A DNA stretch of 64,000 nt from the human T2T-CHM13v2.0 reference genome, Homo sapiens (GCF_009914755.1 NC_060926.1); one strand, 5' to 3'. Positions 25,024 through 40,175 are shown, counted from the first letter of the stretch. Made by a program: numbers and translations. The notes: generated by a model not told the origin, from the letters alone.

Positions 25024-26331
25024 CGTTATGGGATCTTTGGGTTATTGCTTTTCTGGCTGAAACCTCTGTGGCCAGAGGCACTTTTTCCTGAGTTCTCATC
25101 TTGCATCCAGGAAGAATGAGGTATGCAGACAAATGGAAGGTGAGCAAGATGAAGAGGAGCTTTATTGAGTGTCAGAACAGCTCGGAGACCTGCAGTGGCT
25201 AGCTCATCTCTGCAAGCAGGTCGTTCCATTGAGTGTTCAGCTCTTAGCTGAGAGGAGGCCGTGAAGTGGGTGGCTTCTCTCTTCAGGCAGGTTGTCGCAT
25301 GGTCTCTGCAGCTCTCAGCAGAGAGGAGGCCTAGAGTGGGTGGCTCCTCTCTGCCAGCAGGTCATCCCAGTGAGAGTTCATCCCTCAGCAGAGAGGAGGC
25401 CCTGGAGAGGGTGACCTCTCTCTTCAGGCAGGTGGTTTGGACATCTGCTGCTCTCAGCAGAGGGGAGGCCCTGGATTGGGTAGCTCCTCTCCGCAGCCAG
25501 TCATCCCAACATCTGCTCAGCTCTGGCAGAGCCCAGGGCTTTTATGGGTGCAGAGGGGAGGAAGTACATACCAATTGGTCCATGGGTGGCCTGGGCAGGC
25601 TCAGAAAAGGCACCACAGGTTCCCACTTCAGTCCGTGGGACTGGCAGCCCAGCCCCCAGCCTTCAGGCCCTACCTGGCCTGAAGGTGGGACCTCACAAGG
25701 AACTCACTACCTTCCACACAGAAACCTGTCTGCCTCCTGCTGCCATTCATGACACTCAGGCTATAAGTGCCAAGGGGGCCCTGTAGGCCAGCCCCAAATT
25801 GCCCTCTGCCCCCTATTGGCTTCCCTCCTATGCTTGTCAGTGCCCAAAGTCCAGAAGGGGCCAAGGTGGTAGGGGGTTGCCATGTCAGCACTGCCCCAGG
25901 TGTGCACATATGGCCTGGTTGTGATAGTGCCCAGGATTACCCCTGCTTTTGCTCTGAGATTAGAGCAGGTGCTGACAGCAGGGAGAAGCCAGGCAGTGGG
26001 AGCAGGCATTTCTGAGCCTGTGAGGGAGAGGGCCTTCCCGGGCCCCTAAGAGTGCAGGGATGCCTGGGTCTGCAGCTGCGGTTTGGGTGGCTGCAGCTGC
26101 ACCCAGGAGAGTGGGACTCCTGCCTGCTTCATGGAGTGGCCCAGGTCTGCAGTCATGGTTTGGGTGGCTGTAGCTTCATCCAGAGAGCTCCCGCCCCAAC
26201 TCAGAAGGGGCAGGGCTGACACTTGTCCCCAGGTCCCTCCAGCTCCATGGAGTGTGCAGCCCCAGACATGCCTTCCTGCTGCAGCTGGCGTGATGGCAGC
26301 AGCCACTCCAGATGGACCACCACTGTTATCA
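25024..26331 (-). mobile_element. MER52 (ERV1) solo LTR
   Basis: 'cgttatgggatctttggg...ccaggaagaatgaggtatgcagac...gaggagctttattgagtg'; internal ~60-bp 'ctcagcagagaggaggcc' repeats; end 'gatggaccaccactgttatca'; 4-bp TSD ctat/ctac. Confidence 0.88.
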
Positions 26332-26569
26332 CTACTAAAGAATTTCTATTTTGTCTGATATTAATATGTTACATGAACTCTATTTCCAGTATTTGTCTGT
26401 TGCATCTTTTTCCATATCTTTATTGTCATACATTCTCTAAGATGCAAGACATTCAGCAGGTACATCCAGTTGTTTACAACATTCACTTGTTTTGATTGCT
26501 CAGTGACCATGCTGTACCTTTATTTCTAACAGTTTGATGATTACAGTTAAATTTATTTCCATTTTTCTT

Positions 26570-28930
<2,361 letters not shown>

Positions 28931-28944
28931 AAAATCAATATTCT

Positions 28945-29532
28945 GACAGATTAAAGATGAACACCAATCCTTTAACACTCGTCTTATCAGAAAATTAATT
29001 CTATGCTCTCTCTCTTGCATTTGATGATACTTTGATTGTATTACAAATACATCAAGAGATGGCATCTATGTTACCTGCATTAAACCTGAGCAGTCTCCCT
29101 AAATTCACATTAAATAATATGGTACAAATAATTCTGGCATTTTCCAAGTTGTACCTCTAGGCACTAGCAGCTCCCACTTCCTGTTTCTTGAAACACTCAT
29201 TTCTGGAACTCAACCACCAAGTAGGGAAAAGCCAAGCCTCATGAGACGATCACCTATAGGCACTCCAGTAGGTAACCCTAGCTGAGCTGTTTGCCAGCAT
29301 TGACTGCCAGCCATATGAGAAATTCACCTTGCATGTCTAACCCAGGAGAACCTTTTGAAGACTCCAGCACCAGCCACTATCTGGCTACAACCTCATGAAC
29401 AACTTCAAGTAAGAACCATCCAGCTAACCCAAGCCTATTCACAGAAATGTGAGAAAAATTATCTTTAAAATCCAAAATTACTGTTTTAAGCCATGAACTT
29501 TTGGGGTAGTTTGCAACCCAGCCATAACCAAA
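28945..29532 (+). mobile_element. MaLR solo LTR (MLT1G/H-like)
   Basis: 'gcagctcccacttcctgtttcttgaaacactc...gactccagcaccagcc...gttttaagccatgaacttttggggtagtttg'. Confidence 0.7.
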
Positions 29533-30508
29533 TAAAATGAAAACCACTTATGATAGCATCAATAAACAAATCAAACAAAATTACAGAAATGAATGTAATA
29601 AACCTCCACAGTATTGCTGAAACATTAAAGAGGCATACGCATGTATGTCTTTTCATGTCTGCAGACATCCAGCAACTATTAAAACATGAAACCTCTTTTG
29701 GCCATGTTCTCAATAGGTTAGTCAATCCATGTACTTAAGATCCCGAAGACCTTTGACACTAATAGATTGTCCTTTCTAAAGATAGCTCCTGAAACAGTCT
29801 GTGCCCATCTCTATACTCAAGAAAATATTCCGCAAGAATAAAGGTTTTCAATCTTCCCTCTAAGGTGACCAAATGAGAATCTAGAATTTGGTCTAAATTA
29901 TAGAAAGACCATATAAAAATGCATTCTCTTTAATTAACCTCATTCTGTTCCTGATCTGAATGCAGTTCCTGGGGGTTGCACTGAGGATGACTCAGGTCAG
30001 TGCTGTGTGAGGGGGTGTCAGTAAATACTGTCAGGTGACCAATAAACCAGAAATGCTCTCTGGTGCTTCACTTCCGACTCACTGCCACTTTTGATTGTAT
30101 TATTGCTTTTTAGCACCTCTTCACTGCCAGAGCCCTTGACAAATATCTTATTTACACCCTCATAGGAACTCCCTTTTTAAAAATTTTAAAGCTTCAGATA
30201 TTCTCAACCCAGCAAAGAGTTGTTTTCAGCCCTATTTTTCATGTAACAAAATTGATTCATAGAACCTGGAACCTATTCCTCTATCTGACATTGAAGTATT
30301 TACTTGGTTCACCTCCATTTTGCCTCTGCTCACCATTATTCCTGTTTGTTTATTTACTTGTGCCCCCTATTAGATATCGAGATCATCAAGTGCAAAGACT
30401 ATGCCTTATACATTTTTATAACCCTAGGAAGTAGCACAGTGCTTAGCTCTTAATCATTATTCACAAAATGTCACTTAAAATTTTGGATTACAAGTTGTAT
30501 CATACATA

Positions 30509-30570
30509 TCTTAGTCTAAGTAAGTAAGTCTTAGTAAGTAAGTAAGTCTAAGTCAGTAAGTCTTAGTCTT
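30509..30570. repeat. Low-complexity TAAG/TCTTAG mosaic repeat
   Basis: 'tcttagtctaagtaagtaagtcttagtaagtaagtaagtctaagtcagtaagtcttagtc'. Confidence 0.8.
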
Positions 30571-32204
30571 CTTCACCTAGACTAAGGTCCCAGAAGGGAG
30601 AGGTCACATTTTTCTCATCTTTGCATTCTCAGTGTCTAGTATGATGGCTGGCACACAGCAAATGTTTCATAGTAGAGTAAATGACAGATGCAAGCCAACA
30701 GATTGCCCTGGCCTTCACTAACTGGAAATGGAATTCCCAAAAGAGCTACAGGAAGCAGGAAGGGTATTAATGAAATAAGATCCTGTGAATAATTTACTAA
30801 TTAACATTGCCTATATTTGCATTTATTTGCATAATGCCTCCTGGCTTATGAAATGCTTACACATTTATTTTCTGACATGGTCTTCACAACAGTCCTGTGA
30901 GATACACAAAGCAAATGTTATCATCATTTTATAGATGAAGGTTTGTGTCTTGCCCAAAGATAGAGGGCTAAAAAGTGGTGACACTGGAAATAATTCCATT
31001 TCCTGACTTCCTTTGTGGGACATTTCCCACAGATCACCCTTTGGCTAAGACAACTAACTGAACATTCACTTTGGAATGTAATTGTCTATAGCTGTGGACT
31101 TTCAGTCAGGTTTTTTAAATTTATGAACTTCAATGTCCTCATTTATAAAATTATAATAGTTATTTGTAACCTGCCTCTGCCAACGTGAGCCGTATTTATT
31201 TAAATATGTATTATTAATATTAATGTATATTAATATAATTTAATATATTAAATAACTTAATTTGAGAATGCTATTGAATTTTATTACTAGAATACTATTA
31301 ATATTTATTTAAATTTATTTTTAAAGTAATATCTATTATTTCCTGAAAAATAAAAGTGCAAAAAAGATAAAATACTAAATTAATACACTGTGAAAGCATT
31401 AACATTCTGAACATAATTCTGAGGAAGAAACAGGAACTTTTTAAAAAGAAGCAGAGAGATTTAAAGAGTGATGTGTTCCCTAAATTCTGCTCCTGAGGCT
31501 AGGAGTCCACTGAGGTCAAGCCTTCTGCTGACCTATAGCAGCCCTTATCAATAATTCAGTGAGCTCCAGTGTCAGGCCTGGCTGCCTTTCTCTCCCCTGC
31601 ACTTCAAAATCTGAGCTGCATTGCTGATGCTTTAATACAGCTTCTCACCACATTAAGAATGTCTTTTGGTAATTTTGCAGATTTATGTAAACTATATCAT
31701 AAATCCAAAAAAGAAAAGCTGTTAGACAGTTCTTCAATGGGCTTTCTAACTGCCAGATGAAAAGTCATTTAGCCCAGTGATACAGTGAAAGGCACCATTC
31801 ATATGCCAGCTAGTTATAAGCATCACATCTGGATTAGCATGTCTTATGATGTTATAGACAAGTGTCAAATGGTTTTTCTAGCTCAAGTCTAATTATAGCA
31901 AAATAGTATTAAACTTCTAGGGCTCCTGGAAGTTCTTGCAAATTTGCAAGAGCACATGAAGTCAATGGGCCTATGGAAATGTCAGGAATCTCTTGCTGAG
32001 GACAAATGCATGTGGGTCAAGTGAGTCTGAGTCCACTTCAATTTCCCACTATCTCCAACATAAATCCTCAACTCCAGCAAACAGCACCGTTCACTGACTT
32101 CCAGCATCCTCTATAGTTCCCTTCCTTTGTGATTACACTCATTTGTGCCACATATCTGGAATGCTTTTCAACTCCTCTCTGCCCATAAAAATAAGTGCGG
32201 CCAT

Positions 32205-32390
32205 TTATTAATCATCTCATAGGATTCATCTAGTCTTACATTTAAGTCATTGCAGGAATTGCTGCTTCCATTTTACAGAGGAGGAATTAGAAGCTCAGTA
32301 AAGTTAAGCAAGGTATTCAAGGTACACAACTAATGAAAGAACCAGGATTAAACTTTAGTCTGTTTAACTCAAAGCCATGCTTTTCGCATT
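32205..32390 (-). mobile_element. MIR SINE
   Basis: 'ccattttacagaggaggaattagaagctcagtaaagttaag...caaggtacacaactaa'. Confidence 0.7.
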
Positions 32391-32904
32391 ACATTTCTCT
32401 TCTCAACACCAGCCCAAAGTCCAGCTCCAACAGAAAGTCCTCTCTAAGTAAGCAACCCTGAATGGCCTCCCATCTCCTTCCTTCTCACTCATTGACCACT
32501 AAGCATACCTAACTTCGTGATGACTCTCCATCTCTAATAGTCACTTCCACTAAACCATCAAATATTTGAAAACAAAATATCCTCTCCTGTTTCTGGGTCA
32601 TCTTACCCATCATCCACCATGTTTTATCCCATCAAGATGAAAGCTTTGGTAAGGACAAACATTCACTTGTATGTCCTATTGATTTTTACATAATGTTAGG
32701 TGTTTTGAATAGTGCTCTGTATATAGTAGACATACCAAAATTGGATGCTGGCATGAATTTAAATTTGATTTGGACTAAATATCCATTTGGAAGATAAAGA
32801 AACTAAGACTCAAAGAGGTTAAGAGCCCAAATTCTCACAGAATTTTTTTGACAGAGCTAGGTCTCTTGATTGACTGACCAGTGGATTTCCCCCCCATCAT
32901 AGCC

Positions 32905-33017
32905 AGGGTGACCATTTAATTTATTGCCCAAACTAGGACTTTCTTAAGAGTCAAAAAATACAATATTAAAATATTATTCCAGGACAACAGGCATAAACTA
33001 GGACATATCATCACCTA
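32905..33017 (+). mobile_element. MER94-like hAT-Blackjack MITE
   Basis: 'agggtgaccatttaatttattgcccaaactaggac...ggacaacaggcataaactaggacatatcatcacct'. Confidence 0.75.
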
Positions 33018-33044
33018 ATTATTTCTCATTGTCTTTACCAATGG

Positions 33045-33302
33045 CAATAATAGCAGCACATGCTTATATATAGTGCTTACTATGTTCCAGGTGCTATTCC
33101 AAGATATATAGGTATAAATATACATATAAAATAGCATATTGTTTAATCTCCATAAACAATTATTATTGCCCCTATTGTACAGATGAGGAAACTGAGGCTC
33201 AGAGAGGGTAAGTGACTTGCCTAAAGTCATGCACCTAATAAGTGTGGGAGCCGATGAACCCCAATAGTGTAGCTCACAAGCCTATGTTCATAACCACTAC
33301 AA
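33045..33302 (-). mobile_element. MIR SINE
   Basis: Near-consensus core 'acagatgaggaaactgaggctcagagagggtaagtgacttgcctaaagtca'. Confidence 0.9.
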
Positions 33303-34379
33303 AATTGGAAGCAGGTATTCAATAAATATTGGTGACTGTTTATTCCTGCCAGTCAAGAGCCATTCCTTTGGTCAAGCTGCCATTACTGTGGCATAGCGGA
33401 AAAAGCCAAGGAACAGGAAGAAATAGGGTACAGTGCCCACACACGCCTTGACTTACTAGGTCACTCTCCTCCTCTGGACCTCAGTTTCCCATCTGTAAGT
33501 GTGTTAGACAACTTTATCTAGATGTCTACTAGCTTGAGAGCCTCTATTCATGGCATTGATTGAAACAGTTTCACTCCAGCTTTTAGCATGGCCTAGCACC
33601 TGATGAGTACCTAGGAAGGGAACTCACCTTGATCTAGGTCATGAGAGACAATCCTGCCTGACTTCTGAGGGCTTTGTTGACAATAGACCAGGTCATTCAC
33701 AACAGCCAGTGAAACTGATGCAGCATATCCAATTTCCAGATGAGAAAGAAGAAACTCAGGAAACCTACAGGATTTACCCAAGTCACACTGTTAATATATG
33801 ATGGGGCCAGGATTAGAACCCTGTCTTTCTAACCTCAAAGCTGTGATCATCATACTACAATAGGCTGACATGGAAATATCACCTCATTTATCTAACAAGA
33901 GCCTGTTTTCCCAGCATCCTCAGCTTCATTATTCAACAGCTGTGTGGCTCACAAGGACTAGCATCCCCTGAGAACAAGAAGCATATTATTTTTCTGGGCA
34001 AGAAGTGAACTTCATTCAATTTAACAAACTTTACTACCTGTATCCAACCTATTGCTCACACATACTTAGACACTAGATATAATCAAGGTGTTTATGAAGA
34101 TACCACAAAAGTACACCACTGTATTTTGGAGGCTCTGTGGTTGCCAGGGTAACAATAATCTTCTCTTGCATAAAGGAAAGCTTCTTGGAGAGTGGGACAT
34201 GACTCATAGATATGAGGCAATGGAATATTTACAGGGAGCTGTCTGGGTGAAGCATCAGGGGCAGCACCATACTCTTTTCCCATTTGGGTTTCCCAAAGTC
34301 CATCTCTATCACTCAACCATTCTTGTTGCACTAATGCCATGTGGGCCCCTCCCATGCTATTCAGTTTGCTGAGGACCCA

Positions 34380-36400
34380 GCTGGCTCCCTTCAGGAATCT
34401 GCCTCTTTCTGGTGACAAGCACCAGGACCAGCAAAAAAGGGGCAACCTGGGGGACAAGCAGGGCTTTCAGAAGTAGATCCTCAGCCACCCTCTGGGACCT
34501 CTTAGACCCTGCTGCATTTCCAATCTCCCCTGTTGCCTTCTCACTTCAGGGACTATTTATGTCCCTATTCCCTTTCTCCTCTGACCTCTAACTTTGGTTC
34601 TATTCCAGGATGTCACCATCTTCTCTCACACTGCATTGAGAAAAGCTTTGGGACTCACAGGCCAACCTTTCAAGAGACCATGCTCCTCAATCCTCTCCTC
34701 AATCCTCTCCCCAGAAATGTCTGTCCTGTGGTCCAGCCTTGCAGACATCCCCTGCCTTCCCTCATATCCAGGATGCCTACTGCTATGGGCCAGAGTCACC
34801 TCATAGAAAGGACGTTAATAGTCACCATTCCAACTCTCAGCATGATGACATCCTTTCCTCTCTACCATTTCCAGAAATGAACAGCCAGCCCTTGCCTGGT
34901 AGCCCCCTACCCTGGGGTGCTCCCCATCAGCCAGCATTGGACAGCTCTGACTGTCAGTGTCTCCTCACTGGTCCTGGTCTTGCCCTCAAGGCTGCACAGA
35001 GCTGGGCCCCGTTTCTGGCCAAGGAAGGTCCTTCAAAATGGTGCAATGTGCTCTCAAACTCCCTGCCCCAAGCCATCTTCTCCAATGTAATCTCCCCATT
35101 TCTTAAGCCACTCCCCACGTAACTAAATCAGGACTGCCCAGAAGGCAAGAACAATGCTCCCCTCTCTTGTCCTGAGTTTGGCTACTTGAAGGAAGCAGCC
35201 ACCAACAGGCATGGCACTTCACCTCCCATTCCTCCTGATGCTCTTCCCATAAAACCTCAAGCCCTGATTTGGGCTTTCAGGCTTTGTTGTCTTCCTTTAT
35301 CCCAGCCTGAGAGCTATCCACTTCAGAAGTCTCATTCCTTTCCATGCCCAGGTTTCCACTTTCCTCAAGGAAGCAGTCCCTCCTCCCATTCACCTCCCCT
35401 CTCTAACAACTTCCGTTCAGATCCAAATTACTTCTGTTGAGCCCCTCTAGCATTCTTCCTCCCATTCACCTTCCCTCTCTAACAACGTCCATTCAGATTC
35501 AGATTAGTTCTGTTGAGCCCCTATAGTATTCTTAATTCCTCTTGCAGCTCTAGGATTCCTGGATTAGATACTCACAACTCATCTATCCAAAGCCCACTAG
35601 GGAGCATTGCCTTAAGGAAAAGAGAGTCCCTTTCCTTCCCAGCTATGCAAATATTCTCTCCACTCTATTTCTTTAAACCAGGCCCAGTCCCATGGATTTC
35701 TCCATAGTAGGCCAATAAAAATGGGTATTGGACATTCCATCCCCATTGGTGGTAAATGTCTCCAGCCTCCCCCATTATTTTATACTCCTTTTCTACTTCT
35801 GAAGCTATTATTCATCTCTCAGTATCCCAACATCCAGAATCTGCCCCACACTAGTTATTCCTTGGAATAAGGCCCAGATTGGCCTTTCAACACAGTTCTA
35901 GTCTTCTTTCTCTGACAAGGTGTGTGTTCACCCACCCTACGGTGTTAGCTCCCCTGCTCAGCTACCCTGCAGTTTGGACTGAGAGGTCATCCATAGCACC
36001 CCTATGCATGGCATCCAACACTGCCACACAGATTTGAGTCCCTTTAAGCTGTGACACCAAAGGAAAAACTTGTATGGAAGTTATAAGCAGTTGTCCTAAC
36101 AGGCTTCTTTAGGTCAGTGGAAGCTTCTCACTGAGTTTCTAGCCCTTGTTCTTTGCTGATGCTATTGCCTGTTTTCCAGGCAGATAGGCTAATTTCTGAA
36201 GCCTAACACAAGAGCAAAGTACCCACTGTGCAGCCAGAACGACTAGCCTCCCCCTCCTCATGATTAGCCTCAAGGAGCTGCTATGCATTCTGCAGCTGCA
36301 TTTCCAGGATGCAGGCCAGAAGGGCTGACAGCCACTTAAAGAAACCTCAGCATGGCCAAATGGGAGGTCCTCTCATTCACTATGTGTAGATTAGTTACAC
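34380..36400 (-). mobile_element. Possible degenerate ERVL-class internal (gag-like) sequence
   Basis: A 2-kb pyrimidine-rich stretch with no SINE/LINE motifs and an overall resemblance to old ERVL internal regions. No clean peptide match; weak call. Confidence 0.3.
35381..35533. repeat. Diverged tandem duplication, 76-bp period
   Basis: 'tcctcccattcacct.ccctctctaacaac.tcc.ttcagat.ca.atta.ttctgttgagcccct.tag.attct' at 35381 and 35457. Confidence 0.92.
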
Positions 36401-37818
36401 CTAGTGATATTTGGGCTAGAACTTTTTGTTTTCATTTTCAGAGGTAAAAATCACCTGATTATCAAAAATATACATGTAGCATTTTAAACAGTAGTCTAAT
36501 AATAGTTGACGCATCACACAGAAGACATTAGATATAGATTATGTTCTGGAATTTTAGTCTAATCATAAGTCCCTATTTCAAAATATTTAGCTGAAAACCT
36601 AGGCAAGAGAGTAAGGGTCTATGGGAGGACAAAATGAAAGCAGAGCCTTGATGTCTTAAGCAGTTTCATCGCTAGAAGGGCACATGTTGTTACAATTTTT
36701 AGTCACCAATGTAATATTGGCTCATTGAAAAGAAAAGGAGAAAAAAAAAAAAAAGACCAGTGCCTCATCTCTTTATATACAGCTCATCACCTAGAGATTG
36801 AGTGTGCCTTAAATGTTGATGCCTCATCATTAGCATAGCCAAACCTAAAGTAGGTGCTTCTTACATGGTCACTGAATTGATTCTCTTTGCTTACTTAAAT
36901 AGCGAATGACCCAGGACTAGAGGGTGCTTTGCTGTTATTTTTACCTGAGTTTACCGGACTTGACTCAATACAAACCTGTGATCAGCCAGACTACCTGGCT
37001 GTGCCCTTCTCCATTGCAATGTATGATCTGACAAAGGGAAAGAATCTATTTTAGGATCTCCCACATCCGCTGTGGTTCTGAGTAATGCCTGAGACTTGCT
37101 ATCTAGCAATTAAGCAAGAAAATATGAGAAATCATATTTACATTTTCCACACTGTTGAGCTTCCTATACCTAACCTTGAACACTTAATACTATGCTGCAT
37201 TATGATTCATCGAGGAGCAATGGTTTTATTTATAAAACTAGGAAACAAAGCTTAACTCTAAGATGGCTATCTTAAAAGAGAAAGGAGAATAAAATATGCA
37301 TTTGAAAATTGTCATTGATGAAAAATGAAAAACAAACTATTTCTGTTATGAAAGTGAGCGTTTCAGATCTCTCTTTTCTTGCTTCCTAAACTTCACCAAA
37401 ATACAACAATGATCCTAACTTTTTATTTTCATTGGACTCATTCATCTGGGAAACCCTTGACCTAACAGCCACATGCTCAAAGTCTAGCCTCCTTCCAGGT
37501 TCAGCTTCCATACCACTTTTTCCATGGAGCCTTCTCTGCCCAGCTCTGCCTTGCCCTCCTTCCTTGTGCTTCTCATCTGCCATTCAGCTTGCCCAGTGTC
37601 GGCATACTGCTCCCAATATGTTAGTTTTCTGCCACTATTCATTGACATCTCACATCTTCCCTCCAAACTGAGCACTAATTCAAGGGTTTATTTCTCTGAA
37701 CTATAGCCCAAAACATTGTAGTCACTCAGTCAGTAGACATTGTTGACATATATTTCACATATTGTGTTTATTGTATTTCACTTATGTATATTTAGGATGC
37801 AGCATTTAAAGATATCCA

Positions 37819-38122
37819 GGCCAGGCACAGTGGCTCATACATGTAATCACAGCACTTTGGGAGGCCAAGGTGGGAGGATAACTTGAAGCCAGAAATTCAA
37901 GACTAGCCTGGGCAATAGAGTGAGACCACCACCTCCACAAAATATTAAATAAAAATTTGACTGTGTGTGGTGGCACATACCTGTAGTCCCAGCTACTTGG
38001 GGGGCTGAAATGGGAGCATTGCTTGAGCTCAGGAGTTCAAGGCTGCAGTGAGCTGTGGTCGCATCACTGCATTCCAGCCTGAGCAACAGAGTGAAAACTT
38101 GTCTCTAAATAAATAGACAAAT
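37819..38122 (+). mobile_element. AluJ with TSD
   Basis: AluJ diagnostics 'gggaggataacttgaagccag', 'gcttgagctcaggagttcaaggctgcagtgagct'; TSD aaagatatcc at 37808 and 38123. Confidence 0.95.
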
Positions 38123-38188
38123 AAAGATATCCGATTTTCTTTAGAACATAAGGCAGAAGAATGGCTACTCTTATTGAAGGTAATATCC

Positions 38189-38501
38189 ATTTGTTTGTTT
38201 GTTTGTTTGTTTGTTTGTTTTGAGATGGAGTCTTGCTCTGTCGCCCAGGCTGGAGTGCAGTGGCACGATCTCTGCTCACTGCAACCTCCGCCTCCTGGGT
38301 TCTAGCAATTCTTCTGCCTGAGCCTCCCAAGTAGCTGGGACTACAGGCACGCACCACCATGCCCGGCTAATTTTTGTACTTTTAGTAGAGATAGAGTTTC
38401 ACCATATCGGCCAGGCTGGACTCGAACTCCTGACCTCGTGATCCGCCTGCCTCAGCCTCTCAAAGTGCCGGGATTACAGGTGTGAGCCACCACACCCGGC
38501 C
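38189..38501 (-). mobile_element. AluS (Sg/Sc-like) with (GTTT)n tail
   Basis: 'gaactcctgacctcgtgatccgcctgcc'; (GTTT)n at 38189-38221. Confidence 0.96.
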
Positions 38502-38821
38502 TGTAATATGGTTTTTAAAGGGTTGCCTGTTTAACTTGGGAAACCTATTTATAATCAAATGTTATTTTATGCATTTATGGTCAGTCGACCCAGAAGAAGA
38601 CAGGACAGGCATAGACAAGGATGAGCGGGGTATGATAGTGAACTGGTAATTTCGGTAGATGCCATTTTTAAAGCTCTTTTAATGATTAGAGTATGTTCTT
38701 TGAGTAAATATGGCTACCTGGTTAAATATTAGCTCTTCACAGGCTAGCAGATGAGAGTGGTGTTTAATTCTTACTTCTCTGCCATTTTCTAAATGATCAA
38801 AAATTAAATCTTGATTCTAGT

Positions 38822-38992
38822 GCAATGATTCTCAACATAGCTTACTTCACTTTAGAATCATCTTGGATGATTTGAAAACGTACAAATTATCACACCCTAT
38901 CTCCAGAGATTTGTTTTCAATTGATCTGGGCATCAGTATCTGCTAAAAGTTCCCAAGGTGATTTTAATGTGTAAGTAGAATTGAAAACCACT
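38822..38992. mobile_element. MER5-like hAT-Charlie MITE
   Basis: 'caatgattctcaac...ttagaatcatcttgg...cccaaggtgattttaatgtg...ttgaaaaccactg'. Confidence 0.75.
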
Positions 38993-40175
38993 GATATAGT
39001 GTTTGATTTATTGATTCCCCACTCCAAGCTGTGCTTATTCTCTGTCCTAAATACTCCAAAGATTAGAAGCAATAATAAGGCCTCCATGTGGCTTCAGAAA
39101 ATGGGGATTTATTATGTTTCAACAAAAAGATATGGTATTCAAAGATATGGTAGGCTAGGCAAATGCTCAATGACACTTCCAGAAGTCTGGGTCCCTTGAG
39201 TCTTGGCCCTTTCTTCTCCTGCACAGAGCCATACTGTGGCTGCTGGGATCAATGCCTGTGGTTCTGGAAATCGATCCAGGAAAGATTTCTTTGGTAGAGA
39301 GATGGCAGTCCTTACCCCCTAGCAAAATGTCACTAAAGCATCTCTAGGCAATTCAGTCTTCATCACTTCTGAAAGGTGAGATCTTGAAACTATGGTTTCA
39401 TACTATGAAAAACTCTGGCTCTTGTCGAAAGTAAAGGAAAGGCCATTTCTGGTGTCAAGTGTTCCCTTGAACAGTACACAGTTGGAACAAGAAATGGGAG
39501 GCAGAGAGAGGGGGACTTACTGGGCAAACACAAATTTCTGGTTGACCAAACTTCAGACAAAAGAGCAGAAAGGATCTCTACCTGCCACATGGAAGTGAAC
39601 TTAAACTGCCCGATGGGAGGCTGAAATCTTCCAGAAAAAATAATAGGTCTGTTTTCTTGTTGCATGAGAAAAATCACCCTTGAAGGTTTGGGTCCATTCA
39701 TAGTTGCCTTGGTTACAAGGGGCCTATTTGTTATAAGGAGAAAACATAAAACGGATTCAAAATGGTCCATTCTGTATGTGAGATGATTAAAAGGAAAATA
39801 TTTTAAATGTGAGCGAATGCAACATGGGGGAATCTGAAGAACTATGACAGCAACATTTCCTATGACAGTCAAAAGTCCCTCAGAAATATTCTCTTGCCCA
39901 TGTACTGCTGCCCCTACCTATCCCTCAAGCACCTAAAATTCAGCCAGCGAAAAAATGAAAAATGAACCCAGCATACTCCCCTATATTCTGAATCTCAGAT
40001 GGTAGCAATACCTAGCAGCCTATGCTGGCCTCCTGAGACTTACCTTGATTCTTCCTCCTTTCACCTCCTCCCCTCCGTGCCCAGTTCTTTACCAAGTTTT
40101 ACTAATTATCTTTCTTTTTATCTCCACTAACTCTATTCTAGTTTAGGTTAGGCCCTCATTGTTGCTTGTGCAGGT

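Noticed and set aside
25190-25500. Regularly spaced ~60-bp repeats (array-like)
   Set aside because: Internal tandem repeats of MER52 with no unique spacers; not CRISPR-like.
25026-26358. Cluster of overlapping 67-163-aa ORFs in GC-rich DNA resembling a CpG island or gene
   Set aside because: Essentially all within the MER52 LTR. High GC lowers stop frequency, and the sequence is CpG-poor.
31190-31390. Very AT-rich, quasi-palindromic tract (also ~28790-28850)
   Set aside because: Low complexity; self-complementarity is expected from composition.
31934-31951. Perfect 18-bp palindrome TCTTGCAAATTTGCAAGA
   Set aside because: Chance expectation in 64 kb is about 64000/4^9 = 0.24, and higher in AT-rich DNA.
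39390-39872. 160-aa minus-strand ORF as a single-exon gene
   Set aside because: TTG start and no recognisable domain. Only the internal splice-like segment is kept, as a weak candidate.
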